Source of the DNA: a bacterium
GTDB lineage: Bacteria; SAR324; XYD2-FULL-50-16
Assembly (NCBI GenBank): GCA_018829445.1
Contig: JAHJTV010000031.1
Location: forward strand, 26,220 to 90,219
Direction: 5' to 3'
DNA length: 64,000 nucleotides
Part shown: piece after piece, positions 61,788 to 64,000 of the stretch
Layout of the letters: the number at the start of each line of letters is the position of its first letter
How positions within the stretch are numbered: the stretch's first letter is position 1
Program-made: the position numbers and the translations under genes
Notes under the pieces: model-generated
What the model was told of the DNA's origin: nothing
Database searches by the model: none
Seen by the model: the letters and a program-made list of their open reading frames with translations, nothing else

Positions 61788-62164
61788 TTTTAAGGTCACT
61801 GTAAAAAATCTGTTTACATTTTTTCATTGTAATTATTTATAAAACCCACCCAAAAAACTGCAGGCTTGAATACATCCTTGCACATCAGACTATTTTCGTC
61901 AATATATAAGGTCACCTTTAAAAGGTCTATAAAAGGTCATTCACTTGATGATGAAGTTAAAACAGATCTCTTCCAATCCAACGAAGTCATCAACGGTTTT
62001 TTTGATCCTGATAATCAAATGTATTGGCAACTGTCAGATAGATTCCGTCTCGATTCACATCTTATTCTTGGATTTAAGATATTTCGAACTACAAGTTTGA
62101 ATTTCCCTAATCTTAAAAATTTATTTTCCCGACTTGTTCTGTCAACTGACAATTAAAATCTTGC

Positions 62165-63388
62165 CTAAATGCTGGTAATGGGGATCGAAAAAAGATCCTC
62201 TTTTAATAGAATGAATTGGTTGTTTAAACAGATAATCCCCCCGGTACCAATTGGAAGGTTCAGCGTATCAAGTACAGAAAAATGGCGAATGGTGTCTTTT
62301 CTCGGGGAGGCTGTTTTCTTGAATTTCAGGGGGTGGATCATTCCATCCTGAACAATCAGCAGATCAATCTCTTTTTTGTCCTTGTCCCTGTAATAATAAA
62401 AAGGGGTTCGTTTACCACTGTGCAGCCAGCCTTTAAGAAGTTCGGAGAGAATCCAGGTTTCAAGAATCGCCCCTGACATGGCCCCGGCTTCCAGTGTTTC
62501 CGGATTGGACCATTCGGTCAGATAGGAACAAAGACCCGTCTCCGTAAAGTAGAGCTTGGGCGCTTTCACCAGGCGCTTTGTCACATTTGAGTGGTAGGGC
62601 TCAAGGAGATATACAATTCCTGTTGTCTGCAAAATGGACAACCAGGCTTTTGCGGTATTGGGAGCCACATCCGCATCCCTGGCAAGATCTGACAGATTCA
62701 GTAATTGTCCGGTCCTGGCCGCGGAGGCTCTGACAAGACGGAGAAACGCTGTTTCATCGCCCACTTTTGCCAAATCACGAACATCTCTTTGCAGATATGT
62801 TTGGATATATGAATTATAAAACAGGTTGTGATCGATTTCTGGTGATCGGGCAATAGCCGGAAAAGAGCCGCGCCAGCTTGTGAAGTACAACTCCATCAAG
62901 CTAATCTCATGTTTTGGAGACAGGTTAGACAGAATTGTTTTCTTGTCAGGTAAAAACAGGAAATCCTTTTCTCCCTCTCCTCTAATTTCCCGTGAAGAAA
63001 AGCCCATTAACTGGATAATCCCAATCCGACCGGCAAGCGATTCGGAGACGCCCTTCATTAACTGAAATTGCCGAGATCCGATCAACTAGAACATTCCCGG
63101 TTTTTGCTCCCCATCTACCACCATTTTAATATAAGGCAGCAACTCTGGAGCATATTGAATCTCATCAATTAAAACCGGTGAAGGATAGCACTGCATGAAG
63201 AGCGCCGGATCATTCTTGGCAAGATTCAAGATGATAGGATCATCCAAAGTCACATAGGCTCGATTTTGATGACTCAGTTGCCGAAGCAGGGTTGTCTTTC
63301 CGACCTGTCTGGCGCCGATTAAAAGCAAGACCGGAAACTGATTTGTCGCCTTGTGAATGAAGGTTTCAAGCGTTCTTTTGATATACCT
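62165..63388 (-). pseudogene. AAA_14 + DUF4143 ATPase, inactivated
   Basis: GARQVGKTT, DEIQ and YYRD..EID all in one frame; in-frame TAG at 63086-63088 where Trp is expected; start codon position reads AGG (63388-63386). Confidence 0.85.
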
Positions 63389-63449
63389 AGGAGTCTCCTT
63401 CGGCTATTATGCAATTAGATTGAAAAATAGCCGAAGGAGACTCCTAGGT
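63385..63449. repeat. Perfect 24-bp inverted repeat with 17-bp loop over the RBS/start of the AAA pseudogene
   Basis: acctaggagtctccttcggctatt / aatagccgaaggagactcctaggt. Confidence 0.9.
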
Positions 63450-63612
63450 CAATTACTATGCGGGACAACTTTTTTTCAGACTTTCAGACACAAAACACCC
63501 CTTATAAATGTCTAAAATCTAAATCGTTTTTTATTCATTGCTCTTCATTGTCACACTAAAGTCTTCCTTTTTCAGCAGGAAAGTTCAACTGTTGTCCCCC
63601 TTTTGCCTTAAT

Positions 63613-64000
63613 TCAATTCCCATTCACTAAACTAATAACGGTGACTTCCGGGGGGGCTAAAAAACGGAAGGGTGGTCCCCAGGTACCGGTTCCGCGGCTA
63701 ACGTATAATTGGGTGTCGGTGTCCAGCTGATACATGCCGCAAAGATAGGGAAAGGCGATTTTCACCAATAGAGTGAAGGGGAAAATCTGTCCGGCGTGGG
63801 TATGACCGGATAGCTGCAAATCGAAATAATCCAGGCTGGATTCCTCAATTCTGGGCTGATGTTTCAACAGGAGTGTAAATTTTTCATGATTGAGGTTTTT
63901 CAGAATCTTTCCTTCGGCGATGTCGATGGATTCATCAAAACGCTTGACGGTTGGATCATCCATACCCACAAGTGTAATTTTATCTTCAACAGAAACCGCT
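63613..64000 (-). CDS. C-terminal part of a YkuE/YaeI-type metallophosphoesterase; 5' end outside the window
   Basis: LLxHQP, LSGHTHxGQ, YVSRGxGxWGPPxR. Confidence 0.88.
   Translation of the reverse strand, partial: AVSVEDKITLVGMDDPTVKRFDESIDIAEGKILKNLNHEKFTLLLKHQPRIEESSLDYFDLQLSGHTHAGQIFPFTLLVKIAFPYLCGMYQLDTDTQLYVSRGTGTWGPPFRFLAPPEVTVISLVNGN

Noticed and set aside
290-63065. Many 60-190 aa ORFs antisense to or overlapping well-supported genes (e.g. 16726-17262, 29792-30313, 31429-32010)
   Set aside because: Shadow ORFs with no recognisable motifs or RBS
63086-63088. In-frame TAG as pyrrolysine or amber readthrough
   Set aside because: It sits where Trp (TGG) is expected, and the gene also lacks a start codon and has degraded motifs; a nonsense mutation is simpler

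Overview
Gene-dense, roughly 43% GC (by eye) bacterial chromosome segment. Gene content (TupABC, AOR, Geobacter-type rSAM/SPASM, DUF4438, DUF6125, a sigma-54 promoter) suggests an anaerobic or facultative deltaproteobacterium-like organism; this is an inference. It encodes a TctCBA transporter with a CitAB-type two-component system and a divergent Ldh2-family dehydrogenase, a peptide/nickel ABC operon, LutABC, an orphan CheZ, a 6TM-RCK K+ channel, a split tungsten module (AOR, MoaD, rSAM/SPASM, HTH-PBP regulator, TupABC), a three-lipoprotein operon, a DUF6125/CoA-transferase/MerR-TPR/APC cluster, a sigma-54-driven acyl-CoA ligase, an AlbA_2/HATPase/HTH protein and a decayed AAA ATPase. I saw no rRNA, tRNA, CRISPR array or intact transposase, but several REP/REPIN-like elements are present. 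Best leads: (1) CheZ fused to a degenerate MshEN-like (c-di-GMP receptor) repeat; (2) three paralogous CsgG/DUF6340-like lipoproteins; (3) an AOR truncated against a convergent rSAM-MoaD unit, with a motif shared by both upstream regions; (4) a perfect 24-bp inverted repeat covering the lost start codon of the AAA pseudogene. All family calls come from motif recognition, not database searches.
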